A stretch of DNA of 63,098 nt, the filler included, from Phoronis australis (Eukaryota > Animalia > Phoronida): assembly GCA_002633005.1 (NCBI GenBank). It is 4 parts of 4 records of this genome, joined end to end, with 100 filler letters (N's around TTAATTAATTAA, not from the genome) between each part and the next. Parts side by side here need not be neighbours in the genome. Positions count along the whole stretch, not along the records: positions 25,936 to 54,576 come from NMRA01001039.1; positions 54,677 to 59,208 come from NMRA01002557.1; positions 59,309 to 63,098 come from NMRA01002839.1; 1 more part is not named here. The stretch is one strand, 5' to 3'. The notes under the pieces were generated by a model. The model was not told the DNA's origin and did no database searches. It saw only the letters and a program-made list of their open reading frames with translations. The position numbers were made by a program, and so were the translations under genes. Position 1 is the first letter of the stretch. Every line of letters begins with the position of its first letter. This document shows, piece after piece, positions 49,905 through 62,165 of this stretch.

Positions 49905-52900
49905 TTTCTTTATATCAACCTGCTCTATGTGGACACTTTTTGTCCAATAGAACAGTAAAAATGTTTCTTTATATCAACCTGTTCTATGACGACACTTTTT
50001 GTCCAATGGAACAGTAAGGATGTTTCTTTATAGCAACCTGTTCTATGTGGACACTTTTTGTCCAATGGATCAGTAAGATTGTTTCTTTATATCAACCTGT
50101 TCTATGAGGACACTTTTTGTCCAGTAGAACAGTAAGAATGATTCTTTATATCAGCCTGTTCTATGTGGACACTTTTTGTCCAATAGAACAGTAAGAATGT
50201 TTCTTCATATCAACCTGTTCTATGTGGACACTTTTTGTCCAGTAGAACAGTAGGAATGTTTCTTTATATCAACCTATTCTATGTGGACAATTTTTGTCCA
50301 GTAGAACAGATAGAATATNGGCTAACACTACAAGGGGAGAACCACATGTTATTTTAATCCCTCCATAACAATTTCTTATGACAGACATCTAATATCACCT
50401 GCAACAAAAATAGAACTCATTTTGTAAAAAAATAAAAACATATCAACAACACATTACTGGACACTCAAGGTTTGGAGGGTTTAAGCTCGTGAACATGATT
50501 TCAACAAATAAGAGACTATAAGCTCTTATTGCATTGAATAAGCAAAGTTTGGATTTCTGACACCACCTTGACGGCGTTTTCTCATTCAGTGACTTTACCA
50601 GACGTAGAGGGTTGTGAGCGTGTGACAACATCTAGCTTCTTTTTAACTGCTAATCACACCCTTTTGTCTGGTATAACATGCAGGTCAATTATCTACTGTC
50701 TGTTTCTTTATATCAACCTGTTCTATGTGGACACTTTTTGTCCAATAGAACAGTAAAAATATTTCCTGTTACATGTGGACACTTTTTGTCCAATAGAACA
50801 GTAAAAATGTTTCTTTATATCAACTTGTTCTATGAGGACACTTTTTGTCCAATGGAACAGTAAGGATGTTTCTTTATACCAACCTGTTCTATGTGGACAC
50901 TTTTTGTCCAATGGAACAGTAAGAATGTTTCTTTATATCAACCTGTTCTATGAGGACACTTTTTGTCCAGTAGAACAGTAAGGATGGTTCTTTATGTCAG
51001 CCTGTTCTATGTGGACACTTTTTGTCCATTAAAACAGTAAGAATATTTCCTGTTCTATGTGGACACTTTTTGTCCAATAGAACAGTAGGAATGTTTCTTT
51101 ATATCAACCTGTTCTATGTAGACAATTTTTGTCCAGTGGAACAGTAAGAATGTTTCTTTATATCAACCTGTTCTATGTGGACACTTTTTGTCCACTAGAA
51201 CAGTAAATATGGTTCTTTATATCAACCTGTTCTATGTGGACACTTTTTGTCCAGTAGAACAGTAAGAATGGTTCTTTATATCAGCCTGTTCTATATGGAC
51301 ACTTTTTGTCCAATAGAACAGTAAGAATATTTCCTGTTCTACGTGGACACTTTTTGTCCAGTAGAACAGTAAAAATGTTTCTTTATATCAACCTGTTCTA
51401 TGAGGACACTTTTTGTCCAATGTAACAGTAAGGATGTTTCTTTATACCAACCTGTTCTATGTGGACACTTTTTGTCCAATAGAACAGTAGGAATGTTTCT
51501 TTATATCAACCTGTTCTATGTGGACAATTCTTGTCCAGTAGAACAGATAGAGTATTTCCTGTTCTATGTGGACACTTTTTGTCCAATAGAACAGTAAGAA
51601 TATTTCCTGTTCTATGTGGACACTTTGTGTCCAATGGAAAAGTAAGAATAATTCCTGTTCTATGTGGACACTTTTTGTCCAATAGAACAGTAAAAATGTT
51701 TCTTTATATAAACCAGTTCTATGAGTACACTTTTTGTCCAATGGAACAGTAAGGATGTTTCTTTATACCAACCTGTTCTATGTGGACACTTTTTGTCCAG
51801 TAGAACAGTAAGAATGTTTCTTTATATCAGCCTGTTCTATGTGGACACTTTTTGTCCAATAGAACAGTAAGAATGTTTCTTCATATCATCCTGTTCTATG
51901 TGGACACTTTTTGTCCAGTAGAACAGTAGGAATGTTTCTTTATATCAACCTATTCTATGTGGACAATTTTTGTCCAGTAGAACAGATAGAATATTTCCTG
52001 TTCTATGCGGACACTTTTTGTCCAATAGAACAGTAAGAATATTTCCTGTTCTATGTGGACACTTTTTGTCCAATAGAACAGTAGGAATGTTTCTTTATAT
52101 CAACCTATTCTATGTGGACAATTTTTGTCCAGTAGAACAGATAGAATATTTCCTGTTCTATGCGGACACTTTTTGTCCAATAGAACAGTAAGAATATTTC
52201 CTGTTCTATGTGGACACTTTTTGTCCAATGGAAAAGTAAGAATATTTCCTGTTCTATATGGACACTTTTTGTCCAATAGAACAGTAAAACTGTTTCTTTA
52301 TATAAACCAGTTCTATGAGTACACTTTTTGTCCAATGGAACAGTAAGAATGTTTCTTTATACCAACCTGTTCTATGTGGACACTTTTTGTCCAATAGAAC
52401 AGTAAGAATGTTTCTTTATATCAACCTGTTCTATGTGGACACTTTTTGTCCAATAGAACAGTAAAAATGTTTCTTTATATCAGCCTGTTCTATGTGGACA
52501 CTTTTTGTCCAATAGAACAGTAAGAATGTTTCTTCATATCAACCTGTTCTATGTGGACACTTTTTGTCCAGTAGAACAGTGAGAATATTTCCTGTTCTAT
52601 GTGGACACTTTTTGTCCAATAGAACAGTAAGAATATTTCCTGTTCTATGTGGACACTTTTTGTCCAGTAGAACAGTAAGAATATTTCCTGTTCTATGTGG
52701 ACACTTTTTGTCCAATAGAACAGTACGGATGTTTCTTTATATTAACCTGTTCTATGTGGAAACTTTTTGTCCAGTAGAACAGTAAGAATACTTTCTGTTC
52801 TATGTGGACACTTTTTGTCCAATAGAACAGTAAGAATATTTCCTGTTCTATGTGGACACTTTTTGTCCAGTAGAACAGTAAGAATATTTCCTGTTCTATG

Positions 52901-53950
52901 TGGACACTTTTTGTCCAATAGAACAGTAAGAATATTTCCTGTTCTATGTGGACACTTTTTGTCCAGTAGAACAGTAAGAATATTTCCTGTTCTATGTGGA
53001 CACTTTTTGTCCAATAGAACAGTACGAATGTTTCTTTATATTAACCTGTTCTATGTGGAAACTTTTTGTCCAGTAGAACAGTAAGAATACTTCCTGTTCT
53101 ATGTGGACACTTTTTGTCCAATAGAACAGTAAGAATATTTCCTGTTCTATGTGGACACTTTTTGTCCAGTAGAACAGTAAGAATATTTCCTGTTCTATGT
53201 GGACACTTTTTGTCCAATAGAACAGTACGAATGTTTCTTTATATTAACCTGTTCTATGTGGAAACTTTTTGTCCAATAGAACAGTAAGAATACTTTCTGT
53301 TCTATGTGGACACTTTTTGTCCAATAGAACAGTAAGAATATTTCCTGTTCTATGTGGACACTTTTTGTCCAATAGAGCAGTAAGAATATTTCCTGTTCTA
53401 TGTGGACACTTTTTGTCCAATAGAACAGTAAGAATGTTTCTTTATATCAACCTGTTCTATGTGGACACTTTTTGTCCACTAGAACAGTAAGAATGTTTCT
53501 TTACATCAATCTGTTCTATGTGGACACTTTTTGTCCAATAGAACAGTAAGAATGTTTCTTTATATCAACCTGTTCTATGTGGACACTTTTTGTCCACTAG
53601 AACAGTAAGAATGTATCTTTACATCAATCTGTTCTATGAGGACATTTTTTGTCCAATACAACAGTAAGAATGTTTCTTCATATCAACCTGTTCTATGTGG
53701 ACACTTTTTGTCCAGTAGAGCAATAAGAATGTTTCTTGATATCAACCTGTTCTATGTGGACACGCTATGTCCAATATAACAGTAAAAATGTTTCTTGTCT
53801 GTTCGACTACGTGGACACTTTTTGTCTAATACAACAGTGAGAATGGTCATTTACACCAATCCGTGCAGTGGGGGAAATTTTGTCTAATAGCGACATTAAA
53901 CATCACTTAAATAGGCCTACACCAATCTGTTCACCGTAGACAACAGTAAA
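49905..53950 (-). repeat. Large 59-/48-bp palindromic-unit tandem array, right, inverted relative to the other two arrays
   Basis: Core CTGTTCTATGTGGACACTTTTTGTCCAATAGAACAG followed by a 23-nt or 12-nt spacer, with a local 203-bp (59+3x48) higher-order period. Interrupted by an assembly overlap at 50319. Confidence 0.95.
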
Positions 53951-54576
53951 CTTTATTCTTCATACAAACCCGAAACTGAGCAAGGCGAAGCTGAAGACAA
54001 AGACTATCCTCGGAGAAATGAGTTGCTTCCACAGCCAGTCCTGTGCTTAAACAGAAGTCAACGGTCAGCAGTGAAATCTACGACAAAAGAAACAGAAATC
54101 TATATAGTGTCGTACGAAGAACATCACATGGTCACAAATAGTAGGCCTAGGCCTAGAATTGCTCGAAACGCGTTACGCCTCCCGGTGCAACAGCGGTCTG
54201 CTCAACGTAACTTAGCCAACAGGTGGCACTACTAACATCCAGCATGAAGAGCTCCGATATCGATGACGTCACCGTTTTGACGTTCCGTTTTGAGACAATT
54301 TTCGTCCAGTATAATACCTCCTGTGACTCGCTGGTTCCCTGCGTGCCGCCAGGTGGGGCTGGGCTAAGCACGCAGGGAACCAGCGAGCGTCTGTGATTAC
54401 AGTAGCGGAACCTGTCGGATTGTTTTGACGGGTTCAGTGAGGTATATTGGCGACCAGAAGTGCAAGTGTTTTTTTTAGGTAACGAATTTGTATGATTGAA
54501 NGAAGAGCTCCGATATCGATGACGTCACCGTTTTGACGTTCCGTTTTGAGACAATTTTCGTCCAGTATAATACCTC

Positions 54577-54676
54577 NNNNNNNNNNNNNNNNNNNNNNNN
54601 NNNNNNNNNNNNNNNNNNNNTTAATTAATTAANNNNNNNNNNNNNNNNNNNNNNNNNNNNNNNNNNNNNNNNNNNN
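54577..54676. other. Artificial 100-bp scaffold spacer
   Basis: N-run/TTAATTAATTAA/N-run. Confidence 0.92.
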
Positions 54677-55223
54677 TATGTCTTTAATAATGCCTTGTGT
54701 AGCCAACAAATCTTCTAACTCTATTCCTTCCAAGTAGATAAATTTGTAAACACTTGAGACATGGAAGGTTTCTTTCTCTTCAGGCAGTAATCTTTATTGT
54801 GCCTCATTTCATGGTGCAATTTGTTATGTTTTATACATGAGTTATGTTCATGAACTGCTTGGTCACCATCTTGGCTCTAATTAAAGTGCTGAGAGGTCAA
54901 TTTTGACACAAATGGTTTGGGAGTTGCTTTACTTTAAACGCAGACGTGCCCACTGTTCCATATTTAAGGGATGCATTCCATATTGCAAGGAAAAGGTTTT
55001 GTGATTCATTATATTTTTGGAAGGTCTGTGTTTGTTACTTGCAAAAAGACAAATGCCAATACCTTTTATAGTCTCACTCAGAAAAGTGTACCCTCTGTTG
55101 GCGATTTTGTCACTGTTAATTACATGAACTGGCATGAAATATTTTTAACTATGAAAATTGTTATTCAAGCTGTTACCATGATGTTATGTGATCATACTGT
55201 AATGTTCTGAAAATCATTTTCAG

Positions 55224-55357
55224 TTATCACCAACAGTCCGAAGGCAAGTCCCGTGAAGAAATTAAAAACAAAACTTGACAAGCCCAGTTATAACTTATTT
55301 AGCAATAACATTCCAGATGAAGTCGAGGAGGAACCTCAAGAATGTACGACTCAGTAA
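55224..55357 (+). CDS. Probable terminal exon of an unidentified gene ending in a CaaX-like motif (...NSPKASPVKKLK...EEPQECTTQ*)
   Basis: ttttcAG acceptor; open frame to TAA at 55355-55357; SP-x-K sites and terminal C-T-T-Q. Confidence 0.4.
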
Positions 55358-55774
55358 GGCCTTCTGTAGAATATTTCTTGTGTCTCCTTGCGCCACCCTT
55401 ACTCCTCTGTAGGCTGGTTGTGATGCGCTATATTTTTTGTCTTTCTACAACGGAGGAAAAAAGTCAGTTTGTAGATGAAATGCTTTAGAACGCAAGAATA
55501 TTTTGCGGTCAGTCATGCTAGGGGATCAACTTAATTTTGACGGACGCCTAAAAGAGTTGAGGTTTTATTTATGATGTAAACACAAACCCCAGCTAGTAGG
55601 TAATAATGGAGATATAATTGAGTGCATTGAGTTGATGTGGTCTGAATTGCAAGGGAACGCCTTCCCTTAAGCAAGATCTTGATTGTTACTTGAGTACTGG
55701 GAGAGTATTCAATACAGGGAGCGTGACTTATCACCGTGTTCTCGTTTTTGTTATTCAGTTTATTCAACCGTTAT

Positions 55775-55832
55775 GTGCAGTGCAGTACAGTACGTTGCAG
55801 TGTACTACAGTGCAGTACAGTACAGTGCATGA
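55775..55832. repeat. Degenerate (CAGTA/CAGTG)n pentanucleotide microsatellite
   Basis: Read directly. Confidence 0.75.
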
Positions 55833-58800
55833 CAGTGTTTTTCTCTGCTTTACTATATTGTGCACAGTTGCTCATATGTTCTGTAGTATTTACTTTTCCG
55901 TATGTGTTTCACTGCTTTACAGGTCAGGACCTTGTTTCATTTTATAGTGGAAATGTAGAATATTTGAATGTAAGGCTGTGAGTTTGAATGTGAAAGTTGT
56001 ATAATATATTTGTATTGTTTCAATTTCCTTTGTTCTCTTTCTTTCATGATGAAATTGATGAACATGGTTTAAAATATCCCATCAGGCATTTGGAACACAA
56101 CATTATATATCATCAATAGTAGATATAAAGGGTCATTGCTATGATATTTTTAAAACAGTTTTAAAAACTGTCTATTCGAACACAAGATTATGAAATTGAC
56201 AATTTAATGATAACAAGTTGTAACTGCAGAAGAATATTCAATTTCATTAACCTTTCATTATTGTTACATTAATTTTTTGGGGGGTTAATAGTTCCTAGGG
56301 TGTCACAAGAGCCCCAGTGGACTGTGAGCAGTGATGGTCGTTAGTCTGGGCCCCCGGCCCCCTTCAAGAGGGGCTCCTTCAAGTGAATGGAAAACCAAGA
56401 TCTTTCTTCCTGACAATTGTATTTCTTCTAGAAGCCATGAGACTTTATGGTAAGGTTCAGATTTTTTGAAGGGACAGAAGGTTGCCTGGCTCTTCCCGTA
56501 GAAATATCAGCACTTGTGTTCAGGAATGACTGTTTGCCATCTGTTTAATGTACATTTTATCAACACAGCTGCAAAACCTGTGGTTTCCATTCTTTAGAAT
56601 ATGTCTTTCTCAAATAAAAGTATGTATAAAATTGGATTGGAAAATCTGTCAAGTTTTCTTAGACTTTCTGAAAGTATGATACCTGCTCGTTTTAACATAT
56701 GTGTAGACGATGCATGCTGCAAAAAATGGAGTTTCCCTGATAAATATTCCCTTGTCCTTTTCCTCTAAAGCGTAAATCGGGCACTGTCATTGAGCCCTGC
56801 CAGATAGCTTACAGTAACAGCTTTATTATTTTTGTGAAGTATGTATATATCATTTGAAGTGGCTTTTTAACCGCGTACCACTTTATTTGGAGTAGTTCTT
56901 GCATGTATTCTTTAATCTGGTTACGGCACGAAACAATAAATTCACGTTGCCAAGTGAAGTAAATTAAAGGCAGACCGGAAGAGTGGGAAGGGACTACAAA
57001 TACCTATTCCTCTACTCTAGGTCGAAGGTCAAGGTTCGTTTTAACTTTTATTATGATCCAGTTTCGGGAAAATTCATTCCATTCTTTGAAGTAATTTTTG
57101 GAAAGAGGTGAGGTCCCCAGGTGCCTGGTATGAGTGCTTTTGTGGCCGTTTCAGAATTCCTTGATCGGGAACACAGTCTGTAGTCAAGTTTCTGGTTGTT
57201 GGACCCAAAAATGTACACACTTCAACGTCTGGAGTTCAAATTCAGTTCCCGTAGGTAACTGAGATTCTACGCAGGCCTGCTGCATGGTTACATCTTATTT
57301 GTAACGTGGGTGTTCCTGACATGACGTGCTCCGTGCATGCACGCATCGGGGGGCCTCGGGGCATCCAAAGAGCCCCTCCCCATTTGGCAAATTGGGTAAC
57401 AAGGTCCACCCCAGAGAAACAAAAAGTCTTAGCAAAATGACACAAAAGTCCCCTAAAAAGGCAGGATTCGGCGTATGCACAATTCATAGCCCTGAACGAA
57501 CCCCCTGTTCGTTTTTTTTTTTTCATTAGTAAAATGTCCACGTCCTCAAAAATTCGAGAACTAGTATATTTTAGGCTGGGTGCGCGCATGCCGTGTGTGT
57601 AGTGTGCACGGGAAATGCAAGCATGCGATTCACCTTTGAAGAACAAAAATTCATTGTCCTTCACGTACTTAGAATATTCCACTGACACAACTTCGGTTGT
57701 AGTGGTAATTTGTGCGTTGTGACTAGTATACAGGGCCGAATTGACACAAAAATGTGACAATTTGCGCTTTGCAGTGCTAACCCAAATTGTCATAATTTTG
57801 AAATTTTAACAGTTTGAGACGTTGTGACTGTTTGGGCCTGCACAGTGCGGTGTTCCCCCTCATAACACTTTTACGTTAGCGGTACGCAACACGGCCGTAT
57901 GAAGCGGGAGGTGGGGGAGCACGTGTCCCTTAAATAATGTGTAGGCTGAGGGTGAAACATTGGCAACCGCTGCAGGCGTAAGACCGAGGCAGTCGAGAAT
58001 AGAAAGACTCACAGAATATTTGACAACTGCCAGTGCTGGGCCTTGGCTAAGATATTATTTTTTTGCTGAACAGATCGTTTAATCGCGCTTAAAAACTAAG
58101 AATCTTAAGATCAAAAAACGTAAGCAAAACTACTACGTCCACATTATCATTATTGTTTGAATTTACGGGTCATTGACCCTCTTTGTTCTCCCACTATTGG
58201 TTTAGTTGTGCCACGTGATTTCTTTGTCTCGTCGCAACATTAATGTGTCATCGTCCATAATTCTCGTCAATTTTGCATTTTTTCAGTCAATTTCTATATC
58301 CCTCCCTCCCTTAATCCAATTTTTCTTTCTTCTTTCCCTTTACTCTCAATTTTCTCATGTTGTTTTAACATTTATGTATAGGCCTACCTTCGTTATACCT
58401 GCAGTAATGCCGATTTTTCGGCAGATTATCACCCACCTTTACAGCTCAACGCATTTTGTATTTATCAATATCTGTAGTTGTTTAATTTGTCATGGTATAT
58501 AATTATGACCTTTTATCGCACCCTGACGGCGCGCACTGTACACTAGCTTCGGTATCGCTTCGCAGTTAGCGCATAGTTATAAAAAACAAAGTCTGAATGG
58601 TTTGACGATAACCGTCCACACTTTTTCCAAAGAATAATTATATTTCTTTTGAAGATCACTAGTAGAAAAGCAGTGTAGTGATGAAGAAAAGGGAGTTGTT
58701 CGCCCGCGCGCACCAGACTGTTGATGACCGTGCACAGTGTAGGCGTACATAAGTCAAAAGGCTTTTCCATACTAGGGTCGACGCGCCTAGTGTTTTGAGG

Positions 58801-59208
58801 AGTTGTGGTCAGTATGCACGGTTAACTTCGGCACTGGATCGAATTTAATAGCGCCATTTAACTTAGCAGTAAACATGTGTACTAGTAATCGCAAACAAAG
58901 ATTTCTTCGAGTAGATCGAAGTGTACTGAGCAGACTACCAAGAATGAATCATAATTGACGGCAAAAAAAAATCTAGGTGAGGATACGCGGGCCAACCCCC
59001 GTGAGGTGTAACTGTCTTCCAGGCTCTCCCGCTTGCCCTCCAGGTATCTGTTCGCATGCTTCGAGAATCGCCAGAATTTCCATATAGGCCTAGTAAATTA
59101 CAGATTTAACGATATGCGGTTAACTCAAAGGTGCCCTCGGAACCAATATTTGTTCCTATAAGGTGTGTCTTTTGTATTTGTATTCGTATTGTGTTACCAA
59201 GTGGTGCT

Positions 59209-59308
59209 NNNNNNNNNNNNNNNNNNNNNNNNNNNNNNNNNNNNNNNNNNNNTTAATTAATTAANNNNNNNNNNNNNNNNNNNNNNNNNNNNNNNNNNNN
59301 NNNNNNNN
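59209..59308. other. Artificial 100-bp scaffold spacer
   Basis: N-run/TTAATTAATTAA/N-run. Confidence 0.92.
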
Positions 59309-60728
59309 TAGGCAGGGCACAGGAACCAGAATTTCGGCAGTCGACGGTCGGGATGCGGCGCGCGCCTACTTATAGCCTACTGAAAATGTAGGGATGCAGG
59401 TGTCTCGAATTTTTGGGTTTGTGGACCGACCTTTTGACTAAAAAAAAGGTAAACGGAGTTTGTTCAGGGCCTATGAATTGTTTATTCATTCTCCGAGCCC
59501 CATTGGTCAATGCGCGCATGTGCTAGTCAGCAATTGCACCCGCCACTGCCAATTCGTATCTGGTAGAATTTTAGACCCCCCTCCCAAATCCGCCACTGGA
59601 ACTCATTGCCAAATTTCGTCGTATATCCCAAGTTCATGCACAGCGGCCAGCAGATATCGGTGGCAACCGCCACGTGCCATAATGGCCGACTCCTTCGCCA
59701 AGGCAAGCGAAAATACTCCCATTTCGGAAAACATTCCTATACATTTTTGTCTGTCGTTTCCAGCCAGGCCAGGTGGATGGTTGTTTTCCCACAATAGACG
59801 GGAAAATAGTTTCAACATGATGAGTTCAAATTATTTAAATATTCGTTACGCATGATCGCCGGGATTTGAAAAAAAATCTCACGAACTGCAAATGTGGAAA
59901 AAGGCGGAGATGCAATGTTTTTGCAACAGTCCGCTTTAGTAATTCAGAAATAGCGTTTCATGAAACGAACGTGGTCCAGAACGACTCCGAAATGCGATTC
60001 TTGTTTCTTAACAGGAATGAATAGTGTCCGAGATCGGTAGGTGAGCGACGAATGCTGTGGAGTGTGGAGACGGTCGGGTAAAGGTACGCCAATTGCTGTA
60101 TATCTCGAGACACCAGAGGAGACAGCGTACGTAATGCTCTCAGCCAACGGGAAAACGCGTCTTGTTTATTTCTGCGCAAACGTTAAGCTGGACTCAGTTC
60201 AGTCCTATACCATATTTTAATTTTATTCATTTTATTCTGATTTCCATTATTTCTCTGAAGTTCCTTGACAAATTTTTATGAAATATGGCATGTTCTCGTT
60301 TTTTGGATGGATTGTGCATTTTTGCGCCATCTAGTGTCCATTTTTATGATACAAATAAATAACCCTAAAAGCACGCCATTTGCGGTGCATTCGTGGGAGC
60401 ATTTCAACGCTCCGCGTTGCTCTTGTTGAAGAATTCGGTTGTTGTTGTTCACAAATTTAGTTTATTACGTACAGGACAATATAAATCCAATGGCAGAAAC
60501 GCTCCTTCACTGGAACTTTCTGAACAACACAAATGTATAATAAGAAATAAGATACATTTCATTATACAATATTCATGCATTTAACATTATCTAAAAGACT
60601 GGCATATATGACGGCCATACTGAATTGACACTCCACAGAATAGGATATGATAGACCGTTGCATCTTCTGTGTGCATGTGCATGTTAAAATAATGTGTCTG
60701 TGTGATGCACCAATCTCTTCAATCTTCT

Positions 60729-60883
60729 AATTGACCTATTGCAAGCTCCGCCCCCTTGCCTAATGTCGACTAATAAACAAGTTTTACTCGGTAACGTGTT
60801 GTTTATCGGGTAAAATGGCGGCTTGGAAACGAAGGTGTGTGAATAATGCTGCGTTCACTCAAAATCCTGGCGATAGGTCAATT
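60729..60883. mobile_element. MITE, inverted copy of the 6423-6597 family
   Basis: AATTGACCTATTGC...GCGATAGGTCAATT termini, with internal sequence homologous to 6423-6597. Confidence 0.7.
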
Positions 60884-62165
60884 ACTAGGTCAGAAATGTG
60901 ACCACATAAGGGTACCTCCTCTATGCATGTACAAAACTAAAATGAAAACAAAAATGGCTAACGGGTGACTTTCAAAAATCGACTAATGCCATCTCATTTC
61001 CATGGCATACCTCATCGGCAAATTTCGACAGCACTGGTCAATTTTTTTCCCCGGAAACTGAAGGATAAGCAATTTCTGGTTGAAAACTAGAATGGCTAAC
61101 AGGGGTGCTATGGTAGTCAAATACATCTGAAGGTAAATTGGAGATGGTGCATTCCAACAACGTACTGCTGCATCAAACAGTTTCTTTTAAAGTTGACCGA
61201 AAAAGAATGTCTTGATAAAGCTATAACGGCCAACAGAAGGTGCCACCACCGTCTAACTTATCCAAAAACCAACAGGTGCTGGCACATTATTTCACCGTGA
61301 GTTGTCAGACAGTTTTCATGAAAACAGACAGACAAGCAAAGGACAGGATGTGGAATAAATACAAACACAAAATCTTGTTGTGGCTAAATACAAGAAGTGT
61401 GAAGAATTGTTACAGTCCTCTGATATGCACGATCTTCCTTCATAATGTCAGGGCAAAGCCATTTACATACATTACTAGTGGTGGCAGCCCTACCAAAGCA
61501 TTAATCATTTGACAACTGGTTTACTAATTACGTGGCGATAGCATACATCTACATGCAATCACAATCTCGGAACAAAACAAAAAATTAGCTTTTCGCATGT
61601 ATTAACCCTACCCCAGGTGTATGGTCAGCTAATCTCATTTTGTTGATTCGGAGTCATCCATCCAAAGATGTCAGGTCATGTGTAGACTCCAGCAACTAAT
61701 TTCATCACTCAGTGAAAAATGAAGCTTAGTTTGCAAATGCAAATAGATAAGTTTCTGCGGATAATGAAAGTGACAAATTTTAACTTTTTAAAATTATCCT
61801 AGCATGTGCAGTAACAACTCAACCTCGTGTAAAAATTTAAGCCACATTAAAGTTTACAATTATTTTGCATTTCACGCAGTAAGAGGGGGTTGACAAGGGG
61901 CTTACAAGGGGTTTAAATGCAACGTATTATGACAGAAATACTGTGAGTTTATCTTGAAACAAATAAATGAATAAAATGGGAACAAATGAGTGCTAGAAAG
62001 GGATATCAATAGAGTGCATTATTTTGGGTTTACATTACTATCCAATGAAAATAACTTTCCACACACAGTAAATTAAGCAGTATCTTATGAGTGTGTTCTA
62101 GCATGCCTAGCAAGACTACAGTGCTCTGAAAATGACTTTCCAAACACAGTAAATCAAGCAGTCTC

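Larger units (their letters stand above)
27095..53950. mobile_element. Putative large decayed KDZ/Zisupton-like DNA transposon region, possibly two nested or adjacent elements
   Basis: Homologous ~59-bp repeat arrays at the two ends point inward and enclose a KDZ-type transposase pseudogene. True termini and target-site duplication were not identified. Confidence 0.45.

Noticed and set aside
31731-50690. Numerous local tandem duplications, including doubled exons
   Set aside because: Each is split by a single n and differs by few substitutions, consistent with unmerged contig overlaps.
50678-53490. Many short ORFs (RIFPVLCGHFLSNRTV...)
   Set aside because: Translations of the 48/59-bp satellite.
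49905-53950. CRISPR array (36-bp palindromic repeat plus spacers)
   Set aside because: Spacers are recurrent variants of two sequences rather than unique; no cas genes; spliced eukaryotic context.
57242-57793. 183-aa minus-strand ORF
   Set aside because: No recognisable domain and includes low-complexity, repeat-like sequence; a small exon cannot be excluded but is unsupported.
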